From positions 1-42,399 of the forward strand of contig CAYQCN010000004.1 in NCBI GenBank assembly GCA_964415975.1: a DNA stretch of 42,399 bases, written 5' to 3'. This document shows, piece after piece, positions 24,024 to 33,426 of this stretch. The stretch is from an uncultured Candidatus Saccharibacteria bacterium. GTDB lineage: Bacteria > Patescibacteriota > Saccharimonadia > QS-5-54-17. Position 1 is the first letter of the stretch. Each line of letters starts with the position of its first letter. The translations under genes and the position numbers were made by a program. The notes beneath the pieces were generated by a model that was not told the origin of the DNA, did not search any database, and was given only the letters and a program-made list of their open reading frames with translations.

Positions 24024-26681
24024 TCAGCGCAAATATGGCAACTTGTCGTTTTTCCAGTCACGAAACTTCTCAAGACCCAAGTAGTAATACGGAAAGGTTA
24101 GCAGAACGAGAATTGTACTTGATATTAATCCAAATACTATAGTTGCCGCCAAAGGCTCCCAAAATGGATCGGTCAAAAGCAAGGGCAAGAGAGCCCCTAT
24201 AGTCGTCAGAGTGGTGGTGACTACCGGTCTAAATCTTTGCTCAACAGCACTAGATATGGCCTCCACTCTACTCTTGCCGCTACGGCGTTCTTGATTGGCA
24301 TAGTCAAGCAACAATATAGCGTTATTGACTACTATACCAAAGAGACCCACCAGTCCAACCATTACAAAGAAGCTTAAAGGATTGTCTGTTATCAACAAGC
24401 CACTAAAGACACCGAACAGACTCAAAGGTATAGCAACAAATATAAGCAATGGCTGCAAGAAAGAATTAAATTGCAACAACAACAAGATATACATCAGCAA
24501 CAAGGCTACTCCTAATGCCAGCTGAACACCCTCAAATGACTCAACATTCTGGTCTTCTTGGCCAAGATCAAAACTAATAGCAGACTCATCAAGGCCTCTG
24601 TCGTCTAGCTCTTCGCCATCAAAGCGATCATTTATAAAATCCTGGGCAGCCATAATCGCAGTGGACGTATCTTCATCGCCCAGCCTCAAAGAGACAGATA
24701 GGAACCTGTCACCGTCTTTGCGGCGAATGTCTTCAGGGTCTAGGTCTCTTTGCACTTCCTCGACCACTACGCTACCACCGTCTGGTCGCTCGATTGTCTC
24801 TGACTCTAAGACACTAGCCACATCCTCGCCCAACTCAGCAACCGCGTCCATATCCTCGCCGTAAAACTCAACCGTAAAAGGGAAATCATCTGGAGGTGGT
24901 CCTGCGTCTAGCTGCCTGATGAGTACATCTGCCCTGTCTTCGGCTAGCTCATCTAAAGAATCGCTTAGCTGAGCAATATACTCTTGTGATGTTGTGTCTC
25001 GATCTCTAAATGGCGTCAAGTCGACCTGAGCAAAAGCCGACCGCTCACTTGCCTCATAATAAGTAGCTGAATGTAAATCCTGGCCTATAGCGCCCTTAAT
25101 CTCCTGATTGATTTCATCGACTAATTCTATAGCCTCGTCTATATCGGTCCCGCTGGCAAAATCGATATTGACTATTATTGCATCAGCATCATCAGACTCT
25201 GGAAATATATTGAAGGGCACCTGGCTAGCCAATACACCGGCTAGACCGACAACACCCAAGCTGACAAGCACCATCAAAGAGGCTACCATCTTGCCCAGAC
25301 GAGGCTTGGCAACCAGCAAACGAGGCAGATTTCCTATTGCTCTCTGAGACACCTCTATAGGTCTCTTTAACCAGCCGCCACTTTTCTTAGCTCGAAGCAA
25401 CACTATAGCGGCAAGAAATGGCACCAAAACAATCGCAACAGTCAGAGACAGTAGCAGAGCCAAGATTACCGTAGATGGCAATACTCGGATAAATTCACCC
25501 AATATACCGCTAACGAAAAGTAGCGGTGCAAAAACCAATACAGTAGTAAGCGTACCGGCAATCATGGCAGTGCCTACTTTAGAAAGAGCACTTTCTATTT
25601 GCTTGCGCACACTTTTGCCATTACGGCGCGCTACATCTAGAGCCTCTGTTACCACTGTGGCATTATCTACTATGAGACCGAGAGTTAGTACCAAGGCAAA
25701 AAGGACTATCACATTAAGCGTGTAGCCGAGCAGATATATACCCAATAAAGTACTGAGCATCACAGTCGGTATAAACAAAGACACCAAAAGTGCCGGGCGC
25801 CAACCAATCAAAAGCCCAACTACCAACAGCACTGCCAACAATCCATTGCCGATGCTCGTCTGCAGCTCACTTATTTGTGTGCGAATAATATCAGCAAAAC
25901 CGGCTGAGACTACTGCCTCCACCTCATCATCTCGACTCTCATTCCAGTCTGCTATCTCATCATTTACAGCTTCATCCAGGTCTAGATCATCAACACCGGA
26001 AGCGGCCTCCACGCCGACTAAAGCGCTGTTGTAAAAGTCGATATCATTTTCGCTATCTTTTACTGCTACACGTGAAAAGGAGGTTTGGCGAATTTCAGTC
26101 TGGCCGGTTATAGGGTCTTGCGCTTCAGCAGTCAAAGCAATCCCGTCACTAGACCTTACCTCGTCTACACGGCCAAGTGATTCGGCCAAATCATCTGCCG
26201 CCGACTCTAGATCGTCTAACGTAGAATCGTTTACTACATAGACCGCCGCTAATAGGTCGTATTGATTGTTGAATTGATTGGCAGATATAGACTCGACTTC
26301 ATATTCGACACCATTAACAGACTCAAAATTATCGTCTATCTCACTTCTAGCTAGCGCGGCCCCCTCTGATGAGTTCGTACCCTGCTCGAACTCGACAAAA
26401 AGACTAAAACTATCATTGCGGGCAGTAGACTGGACACTGACTACCTCATCTATATCGACCAATATCTCAGACATCTGTTGAGCTACATCAGCATCTACCA
26501 ATTCGGCATCATCTACGAAGTAAGTGCCAGTAACTACTGCTATCGGCACCTCGACCGGAGGAAATCCCTCTCTGTCTAGCAGGCTAAGGTAGCTAAAAGC
26601 ACCAAACAACAACACGCCTAGCCACACGACTAGCGTGACCCTATATCTCGACAGAGCCTTTAAGCTTAATTTTGCAATCAC
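24024..26681 (-). CDS. RND-superfamily efflux transporter permease (AcrB/HAE-like) with acidic extracytoplasmic loops
   Basis: It has the 12-TM RND layout. The N-terminus reads (GTG)IAKLSLKALSRYRVTLVVWLGVLLFG...FPPVEVP, and GLIVDNATVV appears in TM4. I moved the start from the track's 26879 to the in-frame GTG at 26681, because the extension overlaps the divergent gene and promoter and has no RND homology pattern. TATAAT (26693-26688) lies 6 nt upstream. Confidence 0.85.
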   Translation of the reverse strand: MIAKLSLKALSRYRVTLVVWLGVLLFGAFSYLSLLDREGFPPVEVPIAVVTGTYFVDDAELVDADVAQQMSEILVDIDEVVSVQSTARNDSFSLFVEFEQGTNSSEGAALARSEIDDNFESVNGVEYEVESISANQFNNQYDLLAAVYVVNDSTLDDLESAADDLAESLGRVDEVRSSDGIALTAEAQDPITGQTEIRQTSFSRVAVKDSENDIDFYNSALVGVEAASGVDDLDLDEAVNDEIADWNESRDDEVEAVVSAGFADIIRTQISELQTSIGNGLLAVLLVVGLLIGWRPALLVSLFIPTVMLSTLLGIYLLGYTLNVIVLFALVLTLGLIVDNATVVTEALDVARRNGKSVRKQIESALSKVGTAMIAGTLTTVLVFAPLLFVSGILGEFIRVLPSTVILALLLSLTVAIVLVPFLAAIVLLRAKKSGGWLKRPIEVSQRAIGNLPRLLVAKPRLGKMVASLMVLVSLGVVGLAGVLASQVPFNIFPESDDADAIIVNIDFASGTDIDEAIELVDEINQEIKGAIGQDLHSATYYEASERSAFAQVDLTPFRDRDTTSQEYIAQLSDSLDELAEDRADVLIRQLDAGPPPDDFPFTVEFYGEDMDAVAELGEDVASVLESETIERPDGGSVVVEEVQRDLDPEDIRRKDGDRFLSVSLRLGDEDTSTAIMAAQDFINDRFDGEELDDRGLDESAISFDLGQEDQNVESFEGVQLALGVALLLMYILLLLQFNSFLQPLLIFVAIPLSLFGVFSGLLITDNPLSFFVMVGLVGLFGIVVNNAILLLDYANQERRSGKSRVEAISSAVEQRFRPVVTTTLTTIGALLPLLLTDPFWEPLAATIVFGLISSTILVLLTFPYYYLGLEKFRDWKNDKLPYLR

Positions 26682-26710
26682 CGTTTCATTATACTCTAGC
26701 CCGCGTAAAT

Positions 26711-26761
26711 AAATAAACACCCCAAGGGCGTGATATAATATATTAATAAATACACCCCAAG
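26711..26761 (+). promoter_or_regulatory. Two direct repeats AATAAA(T)ACACCCCAAG flanking an extended -10 (TGaTATAAT, 26731-26739) in the RND / beta-helix-protein divergent region
   Basis: Repeat A is at 26711-26726 and repeat B at 26745-26761, differing by one inserted T. The SD AGGAGG (26764-26769) precedes the ATG at 26773/26776. Confidence 0.5.
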
Positions 26762-26772
26762 TAAGGAGGTAG

Positions 26773-27927
26773 ATGATGAAACATATTGGCTTAGTAATAG
26801 CTGCCATATTACTGCTAGTGGGCGGACTTGGCCTAAGCCGGGTAGATGCAGCCGAATACATAACTGATGAGGTAGCCACAATCGAAGCCGACGAGACAGT
26901 AGAAGATGACCTCTATATAGCCGCTAGTACAGTCAGGATTGAAGGTGTAGTAAAAGGCGATGTATACACAGCTGGATCACAGATTGCAGTCAACGGCACC
27001 ATAGAGGGTGATCTGTTCGCAGCAGCCAACACCATAACTATCAACGGCGAGGTTGAAGGTGGTGTGCGCGTAGCAAGCGCCACACTTGATATGTCAAGCG
27101 CGCAAATTGGCGGTGGTGTAACCCACTTTGGGGCTTCATTTAGCAGCAGCTCAGATACCAATATAGGCAATGGGCTTTTAGTATTTGGCGAGACAGCGAC
27201 AATAGATGGAGCCATAGCAAACGGCCTGACCGCATTTGCCGACAAAGTCACCTTGCTTGGCAGCATCGGCACCGAGACCAAAGTCACATCTACCGAGCTT
27301 AATATCGGCGAGTCCGCTCTTATCAGCGCCGACATAACACACCGGTCAGACCGCGACGCTGAAATAGCTGATGGGGCTGTTATCGATGGTGAACTGATTC
27401 AAAAAGTAGCGCCCGAAAGAGCAGGCCTAGATGCGACCACCATAAAATACAGCTTTTTAGCTTGGAGCTTTCTATCGGTCTTGTTAGCGGGCTTCGTCCT
27501 GCTATGGGTTGGTCGCAACCCATTGCATAGGTCGGCAGAAATGGCCACTACAAGACCTTTGGCTTCTTTTGGTAGCGGCATCCTTGGTCTAATTCTAGTC
27601 GGACCCGTAGCCACGCTGCTAGCTTTCACAATAATCGGCATACCCTTGGCTATACTGCTGTGGGTGGCCGCTCTTGTCGGAGTGTTCTTAAGCACACTAG
27701 TAAGCGCAGTTGCCCTAGGGCGAACAATTCTATCGCGTACTAACCCTAAGCACAGACCTAAGCTTTACGGTAGTTTCGCAATAGGCCTATTAGTTATATA
27801 CACCCTATACATAATACCTATTATAAACGTACTAGTAGCACTAGCTGTTGTTGCTGGCGGATTCGGCTCTTTGCTTTTACATGCAGTGCACAGCATAAGA
27901 AGACAGCACACTACCAAAAAAAGTTAA
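26773..27927 (+). CDS. Exported beta-helix-repeat (bactofilin-like repeat) protein with a C-terminal polytopic membrane domain
   Basis: It has the signal peptide MMKHIGLVIAAILLLVGGLGLSRVDA. Repeated I/V-x-G-x-V-x-GD units follow (IEGVVKGDVYTAGSQIAVNGTIEGDLFAAANTITINGEVEGGV...), and then about 4 TM helices. Confidence 0.6.
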   Translation: MMKHIGLVIAAILLLVGGLGLSRVDAAEYITDEVATIEADETVEDDLYIAASTVRIEGVVKGDVYTAGSQIAVNGTIEGDLFAAANTITINGEVEGGVRVASATLDMSSAQIGGGVTHFGASFSSSSDTNIGNGLLVFGETATIDGAIANGLTAFADKVTLLGSIGTETKVTSTELNIGESALISADITHRSDRDAEIADGAVIDGELIQKVAPERAGLDATTIKYSFLAWSFLSVLLAGFVLLWVGRNPLHRSAEMATTRPLASFGSGILGLILVGPVATLLAFTIIGIPLAILLWVAALVGVFLSTLVSAVALGRTILSRTNPKHRPKLYGSFAIGLLVIYTLYIIPIINVLVALAVVAGGFGSLLLHAVHSIRRQHTTKKS

Positions 27928-27995
27928 GGGCGAACCGATCCTAAATAAAATACGCAACTTGCGCATCTATAAAGTCAATTCGCCCTATTAGGGTA

Positions 27996-28550
27996 TTACC
28001 ACCTGTGGGCCACGTCTACAACCAGGCGGCTTCCATCTCCTGGACCATCCAGAGTGAACACCCTGAAAGGCAGTCGCGCCCTGACGCCCAGGCCCACATG
28101 CGTCTGACCCTCAAACGATCCTGCGACCTCCACATCTCTGAGAGTGCGAAAACTACTTAGAGCTGGCAGGCTGTCTGGTTCGAGAGTCTGGTTGAAGTCC
28201 TGATCATGGGCTGGTGCTTGAATAATGATTTTAAGCTTAGCTCCACCTGCCACGTTGACCGGCAAGCCTTTACCTGGCCCAAAGGCCTGTTCTTGATATT
28301 CAACGTAATATCCAGGAGCTGAACCGCCCAAATCAAAGACCAACCTCTCAAAACACGGATGTTGGCCGACTCGGATGCCGTCAACTGAACCGCTTGAGTA
28401 TGAACTGAGATTTGACAAAGATTGACTACCCCACCAAATATCGCAAAACTTTTTTTGCTCTAACGCAGCTGCTGAATTAGTGCTTAGCAGAACTATTATG
28501 AAGCAGATGAGTGTCAAAATGAGCAGGCGATCTGAAGAGCGCTTGATCAT
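27996..28550 (-). CDS. Secreted hypothetical protein, possibly with an AMIN-like/GerMN-like domain
   Basis: It has a signal peptide and then FERLVFDLGG...YYVEYQEQAFGPGKGLPVNVAGGAKLKIIIQAP, which resembles AMIN-like domain proteins. I made this assignment from memory only. Confidence 0.45.
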   Translation of the reverse strand: MIKRSSDRLLILTLICFIIVLLSTNSAAALEQKKFCDIWWGSQSLSNLSSYSSGSVDGIRVGQHPCFERLVFDLGGSAPGYYVEYQEQAFGPGKGLPVNVAGGAKLKIIIQAPAHDQDFNQTLEPDSLPALSSFRTLRDVEVAGSFEGQTHVGLGVRARLPFRVFTLDGPGDGSRLVVDVAHRW

Positions 28551-28640
28551 GGTTCATGCCTTTTGTCATATGTGCGCTGGAACAACTTCCCGTCGAACCT
28601 GTAAAACTAATAAAAACACAATTATTGAATCTAGGCAAAG

Positions 28641-28970
28641 TCACTCGTGCAGATGCTGCTCATGATTTTTGATGTGATTTTGTGAAGACTGAGCAGTGAT
28701 CCTATCTCCTGCACCTTGAATGATAGCCCTTATAAATATTCCGATTATACCCACCCCTATTAGTACATAAAAACTAGTAAATATTTTACCTGAGTCAGTA
28801 ACTGGAGTGATGTCACCATAACCGACAGTGGTCAATGTCATGATGCTGAGATAAAAAGAGTCCACTATATTCAATCCTTCGACCGACACATAAAACCAAA
28901 CACCAACAGCCAGCGTAAAGATAACGAGTAAAATAAGAGCCGCGTATGACTGTCTAGATGTATGCATCAT
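28641..28970 (-). CDS. Minimal two-TM potassium channel (KcsA-like pore only, no RCK or sensor domain)
   Basis: 109 aa arranged as TM1, pore helix, the selectivity filter TLTTVGYGDITP and TM2. Confidence 0.85.
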   Translation of the reverse strand: MMHTSRQSYAALILLVIFTLAVGVWFYVSVEGLNIVDSFYLSIMTLTTVGYGDITPVTDSGKIFTSFYVLIGVGIIGIFIRAIIQGAGDRITAQSSQNHIKNHEQHLHE

Positions 28971-29022
28971 TATTGGGTTATTTTAGCAGAATAATCAATT
29001 TGCCGTAATTAGAAATTGATAT

Positions 29023-29994
29023 TTATATTTTGCTAATCAATCGCCGCCAGGCATAGCCTATGTGCTGCAATGGATGCGGGTGATGAGAGTGATACATGTG
29101 GACCAGATTGCCATGATGAGGGTGAGAGATTATTACACCGGCTACCACGATAGCTGCCCCTGCCGCTGCAGCTAAATCTAGTCGGTCACCAAGTAATATA
29201 GCAGCAGCTATAACACCAGTCATTGGATCTAAATAAAACAATGGCGCCGCCTCTTCACCCTTAATCTTACGCAAGCTTGTATAGTACATGGTCACGCCAA
29301 TAATCCCCACTATTACAGTTCCGTACAGCAGGGCAAGCCAGGCTTGAGGCTGAGGCTCAAGCGCGATCGTTGTCCCATTCCAGATCAAAACACCTGAGAA
29401 AATGACTATTCCTGCCAACAAAAATCTAATCGACACCACTGCTACAGGCTCGACCCATTTAAATATGTATTTTGCATGAATAATTGAAGCTGCCAGGAAA
29501 AAGTACGCCACAAAAAACAACAAATCTCCGAATACAAAAACTTCACCTGTCACAAGAGGCAGCCCCACCACAAGCGAGGCGCCAACTAGCGCCAAAAGCC
29601 CACCATAAAGAGCCCGCCGAATTATCGGCTCGTGCAAGACAAATACCGACAATACATAAACCGAAACTGGTGTCGTTAGGCTCAAAAGCGAGGCTTTAAG
29701 TGCGCTTGAAAGTTCAAGACCTAAGGCAGCCAGTGATATAAATAGCGTAATGAAAGCTGCGCTAAGAAATAAGTGACGTATAGCTCGCCAGTTACGCAAA
29801 AAGTTAAAGTTTTTGATCAATATCAACAAAGCCAGCCCGATTAGTATCGCCCGCAAGCCGACATAAAACAGCGGATCCATATCAAAATCAATTGCAATCT
29901 TGGTAGAGACTGCGTTAGTGCCAAGTAATATGTTTGCAACTACAGCCGCTGTAAAAGCCGATAATTTTATATGTCTGTTTTTGAATATCGACAT
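29023..29994 (-). CDS. EamA/DMT-superfamily transporter
   Basis: 323 aa with about 10 TM helices and an internal duplication typical of two EamA domains. The C-terminal tail is His-rich. Confidence 0.75.
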   Translation of the reverse strand: MSIFKNRHIKLSAFTAAVVANILLGTNAVSTKIAIDFDMDPLFYVGLRAILIGLALLILIKNFNFLRNWRAIRHLFLSAAFITLFISLAALGLELSSALKASLLSLTTPVSVYVLSVFVLHEPIIRRALYGGLLALVGASLVVGLPLVTGEVFVFGDLLFFVAYFFLAASIIHAKYIFKWVEPVAVVSIRFLLAGIVIFSGVLIWNGTTIALEPQPQAWLALLYGTVIVGIIGVTMYYTSLRKIKGEEAAPLFYLDPMTGVIAAAILLGDRLDLAAAAGAAIVVAGVIISHPHHGNLVHMYHSHHPHPLQHIGYAWRRLISKI

Positions 29995-30103
29995 AGAATA
30001 ATAATAGTCACCTTTAACACAAATTTACAACGCTTAAGCCAATAATTGTCAGCTAGATGTAGCTTGTGCTTAAATGTTTAGAGTATAACTACCACCAAAA
30101 AAA

Positions 30104-31411
30104 ATGGAAATAACAGCACCCAAAATTACTCGCAGTAAATGGTCGTCTGAGAAGGCTTTTATTTATGCTACGGCCGCTGCCGCGGTAGGCCTAGGCAATA
30201 TCTGGCGCTTCCCCTACATTGTGGGCGAAAACGGAGGTGCCGCTTTCATAATCGCCTACATTATAGCCGTTATAGCCCTGGGTATACCGCTCATGATACT
30301 CGAAATAAGTGCCGGCAAGATCGAAAAGGGAAGCCCCGTTAAGACCTTTCGTGCTGCGCATAAGCGAGCGGCAGCTTTTGGCTGGCTTGTCGTGGGGCTG
30401 ACGATGATGATAATGAGTTATTATCTTGTGATTACCGGCTGGTCTATGGGTTATGCCATCGACAGCCTTACTGGTAATGTCAGAGACTTCGCAGTTTTCA
30501 CTAGCAGTTTAGAGCCGCTTATATATTATACGCTAGTAATAGTTATTACAGCTTTTGTGGTCGCAAAAGGGGTCAAATTAATAGAGGCAACCACGCGACT
30601 ACTTATGCCTGTCTTGATTTTTATAATTATCGGCATAACTGCCTACAGCCTCACATTGGATGGAGCCCGAGAGGCGATGTCGTTTCTATTCGACCCAGAC
30701 TTTACCGCTCTAGCCAGTCCGGCACTTTGGATTCTAGCATTCGGACAAGCCTTTTTCTCACTAGCTGTCGGTCAGGGTTATCTTATCACTTACGGTAGTT
30801 TTCTGCCCGACCACGTCAACATTCCCCGCGCTGCCGGTACTGTAGCCGGCATAGAAACCGGAGTAGCCCTAATAGCTGGACTCATGATATTTCCACTAGT
30901 TTTTACTTTTGGATTAAACCCAGCCGAAGGGTCTGAGCTGGCATTTTCTACTTTGCCTATAGCTTTCGGTCAAATACCGCTAGGGTCAATTGTAGGTGCG
31001 ATATTCTTTTGGTTGCTATTTCTTGCAGCCTTGAGCTCGTGCATCGCAGGTATGGAGGTAGTTAAGACTGCCATGCGCGAAGAGTTAAGACTCACTCACA
31101 ACTGGGCAACAGTAGCCGCCTTTTTGCCCATTCTGCCGCTTGGCATCTTAGCGGCTATTAGCTTTACTCCTCTTGAATTTGAGGTTTTAGGCAGGCCTTT
31201 CTTGGAAGTATTAGATATATTTGCCGCCAACCAAACAGTTGTATTGCTTGGTATAGTTGGTGGAGCACTGTTTAGCTGGATGGTGCCTCGCCATGAAATA
31301 GTCAACAAATTCAGCAACCGACACCGCAAACTTGCCTCTAAAACAGTTACCTTCATCCGTTACGCCTGGATCGGCGTGATAGCAATTTTAGCTATAAGTT
31401 TTTTGGCATAA
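30104..31411 (+). CDS. Sodium-dependent neurotransmitter:sodium symporter (NSS/SNF) family transporter
   Basis: The N-terminus W.SEKAFIYATAAAAVGLGNIWRFPYIVGENGGAAF is the NSS signature. The protein has about 11-12 TM helices. Confidence 0.9.
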   Translation: MEITAPKITRSKWSSEKAFIYATAAAAVGLGNIWRFPYIVGENGGAAFIIAYIIAVIALGIPLMILEISAGKIEKGSPVKTFRAAHKRAAAFGWLVVGLTMMIMSYYLVITGWSMGYAIDSLTGNVRDFAVFTSSLEPLIYYTLVIVITAFVVAKGVKLIEATTRLLMPVLIFIIIGITAYSLTLDGAREAMSFLFDPDFTALASPALWILAFGQAFFSLAVGQGYLITYGSFLPDHVNIPRAAGTVAGIETGVALIAGLMIFPLVFTFGLNPAEGSELAFSTLPIAFGQIPLGSIVGAIFFWLLFLAALSSCIAGMEVVKTAMREELRLTHNWATVAAFLPILPLGILAAISFTPLEFEVLGRPFLEVLDIFAANQTVVLLGIVGGALFSWMVPRHEIVNKFSNRHRKLASKTVTFIRYAWIGVIAILAISFLA

Positions 31412-31448
31412 AAATACTATCGCTGAGAAATATGTGACAGGCTGTTGA

Positions 31449-32120
31449 CTAGTTATTCACGTTTATGCCGCCAAATAGACATCTGCCTTTAAGCCGGAGG
31501 GTGGGCGAGTTCTTTTTAATGGGTTGTTTAGTATTATCTTCTACGCCGCCAAACACAGGACTCACCTCGACCTCTACTCGCCAATCTCTAGGCACTCGCA
31601 CCTCAACACCACCAAATATAGCCAAAACCCCCAGCTCAGCTTCAGCTTTAATTTCGGCCTCTCTTAGGTCCAATTCGACACCGCCAAATACAGCCTGAGC
31701 CCGACCCCCCTTGAAGTCACTCGATGCATTTTGCAACTCTACACCGGCAAAAGCGGCCATTGCGTCTACTACATTTTCACTAATCTCACTGGCAGCTCTT
31801 TTTTTAAGACTGCCACTGTCTAACAGGCTGACACCAATTATCAACAACACAAACGGAAACACTAAATCACCGACCCTAATATCGATTACATCCAATATGC
31901 TCATTTGTAGGACTATACCTGCGCCCACAAACATCAACGGCCAAATTAACGACTTAGGGTTGCCCAGGAAGCTTATAATGCCTGCGATTACTATCAACAT
32001 AGGCCACCAGTCACTAAGCAACTGGCTAAAATTAAACACATCAATAGCATCCAAAAACAACCCCAGGCCTATAGCTATAACCACCAAGCCTACGGCATTA
32101 GCATTGACAAACCGCTTCAT
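31449..32120 (-). CDS. LiaF-like / cell-wall-active-antibiotic-response protein (4 TM helices plus a C-terminal repeat domain)
   Basis: The N-terminal membrane domain is followed by repeated FGGVE units (VFGGVELDLREA, IFGGVEVRVP, VFGGVED, LFGGINV), as in LiaF/DUF2154-type proteins. Confidence 0.6.
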   Translation of the reverse strand: MKRFVNANAVGLVVIAIGLGLFLDAIDVFNFSQLLSDWWPMLIVIAGIISFLGNPKSLIWPLMFVGAGIVLQMSILDVIDIRVGDLVFPFVLLIIGVSLLDSGSLKKRAASEISENVVDAMAAFAGVELQNASSDFKGGRAQAVFGGVELDLREAEIKAEAELGVLAIFGGVEVRVPRDWRVEVEVSPVFGGVEDNTKQPIKKNSPTLRLKGRCLFGGINVNN

Positions 32121-32187
32121 AGCAACTCCTATTTTATATACTCTTATTATACTACATAAATACCTTGATGTAGTAATTTATAGCAGT

Positions 32188-33366
32188 TCAAGATCTGTTG
32201 CGAACATTCCAGGCGCTAACCTCTTCACTGAATCTGCTTACAGCCAGCGGGGCTAGTATGCTGGTAACTATCGTCAACCCGACAATTGCCGACAGCAATT
32301 CCTGATCGAGCAGACCCTCTCCGAAACCCAAAAAGGCTACAGCCAAGGCGGTAGAAAGTTGAGGCAAAGCCGAAGCCCCTATCAGCCGAGAAGCCGGCTC
32401 ATTAAATCCGCTCAATTTACCAGCCAGCCAACCGCTCAAGAATTTAGAAGCCAACAAGCTCAATACGATAATGGCCATCACGCTCAGTGCAGCCGGTCCA
32501 TCAAAGAAAACTCCTATATCAGTACTAGCACCCATCGACACAAAAAATACCGGTATGAAAAATCCGTAACTTATAGCATGCAGCTTGGCCTTTAATAAAG
32601 GGTTCTCCAGTGACCTAGCCAGTATCATGCCACCGAAGAAGCCGGCCACAATTGCATGCAAGCCGACAAATTCGAAAAACACCACTAAACCTATCAAAAC
32701 GAGCACAGTAAACTGTAGTTCATTTTCAAATAAATCCTCGCCTTTATTGGTTCGTTTCATGGCCAGCCATTTAAGTTTAGGTAGCACCCAGGCTAGGCCA
32801 CCCAAAAACACCAACGCCACCGGATACAGTGCTAACGATAAGGTCGAAAATCCATCGCCAGTAGCAAATTGCAAAAATACCGACAACAAAATCAAACTAA
32901 CCGCATCAATAATGACTGTACTAGCGATAATGGTTTTTACCAGTTCTGACCGCATAATATTTTGACGTTCAAAAATCGGTACCAACATACCGATCGCTGA
33001 TGACATGAATATAATCCCAACCAGCAAAGCACTAGCCATCTCATACCCCAGTCCCAGACCTACCCCTAACCCAAACAAGGCCGGTAAAAAGCCGATTAAG
33101 GGCGCTACAATTATAATTTTTTTACGTAGCCTTTTCACGTCTGAAAATTTAGACTCTAAGCCGGCAATAAACATCAAAAAGACTAGCCCGATAGTGCCCA
33201 AAAATTCGACAGTATCGGTCGGCATAAACCAACCAAATCCGTTCGGGCCAAGCAATATGCCGCCGATGATTAGCGCCACCACCCAAGGAATTCTCATCTG
33301 CATAAATAGACGCGATAAAACTACAGCAATCAGCAATATCAAAAAGAAAGGTAAAAATGGTTCCAT
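32188..33366 (-). CDS. CPA2-family cation:proton antiporter (Na+/H+ exchanger domain only)
   Basis: 392 aa, polytopic, with an N-terminus resembling the 5733-7406 paralog (GGILLGPNGFGW). It has no RCK domain. Confidence 0.8.
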   Translation of the reverse strand: MEPFLPFFLILLIAVVLSRLFMQMRIPWVVALIIGGILLGPNGFGWFMPTDTVEFLGTIGLVFLMFIAGLESKFSDVKRLRKKIIIVAPLIGFLPALFGLGVGLGLGYEMASALLVGIIFMSSAIGMLVPIFERQNIMRSELVKTIIASTVIIDAVSLILLSVFLQFATGDGFSTLSLALYPVALVFLGGLAWVLPKLKWLAMKRTNKGEDLFENELQFTVLVLIGLVVFFEFVGLHAIVAGFFGGMILARSLENPLLKAKLHAISYGFFIPVFFVSMGASTDIGVFFDGPAALSVMAIIVLSLLASKFLSGWLAGKLSGFNEPASRLIGASALPQLSTALAVAFLGFGEGLLDQELLSAIVGLTIVTSILAPLAVSRFSEEVSAWNVRNRS

Positions 33367-33426
33367 ATAGTGCCTGAGTATAACAGCTAAATCGTCAGTG
33401 CCTACATATTAAAAGACTACAAGAGC

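Noticed and set aside
26682-26879. N-terminal 66-codon extension of the RND ORF (track start 26879)
   Set aside because: The extension overlaps the divergent gene, its SD and its promoter. It translates to a low-complexity sequence unlike RND N-termini, and the canonical RND N-terminus begins at the in-frame GTG 26681.
27926-27988. 8-bp inverted repeat AGGGCGAA/TTCGCCCT between the convergent genes as a bidirectional terminator
   Set aside because: The loop is about 46 nt and there are no flanking T-tracts. It is too weak to call.
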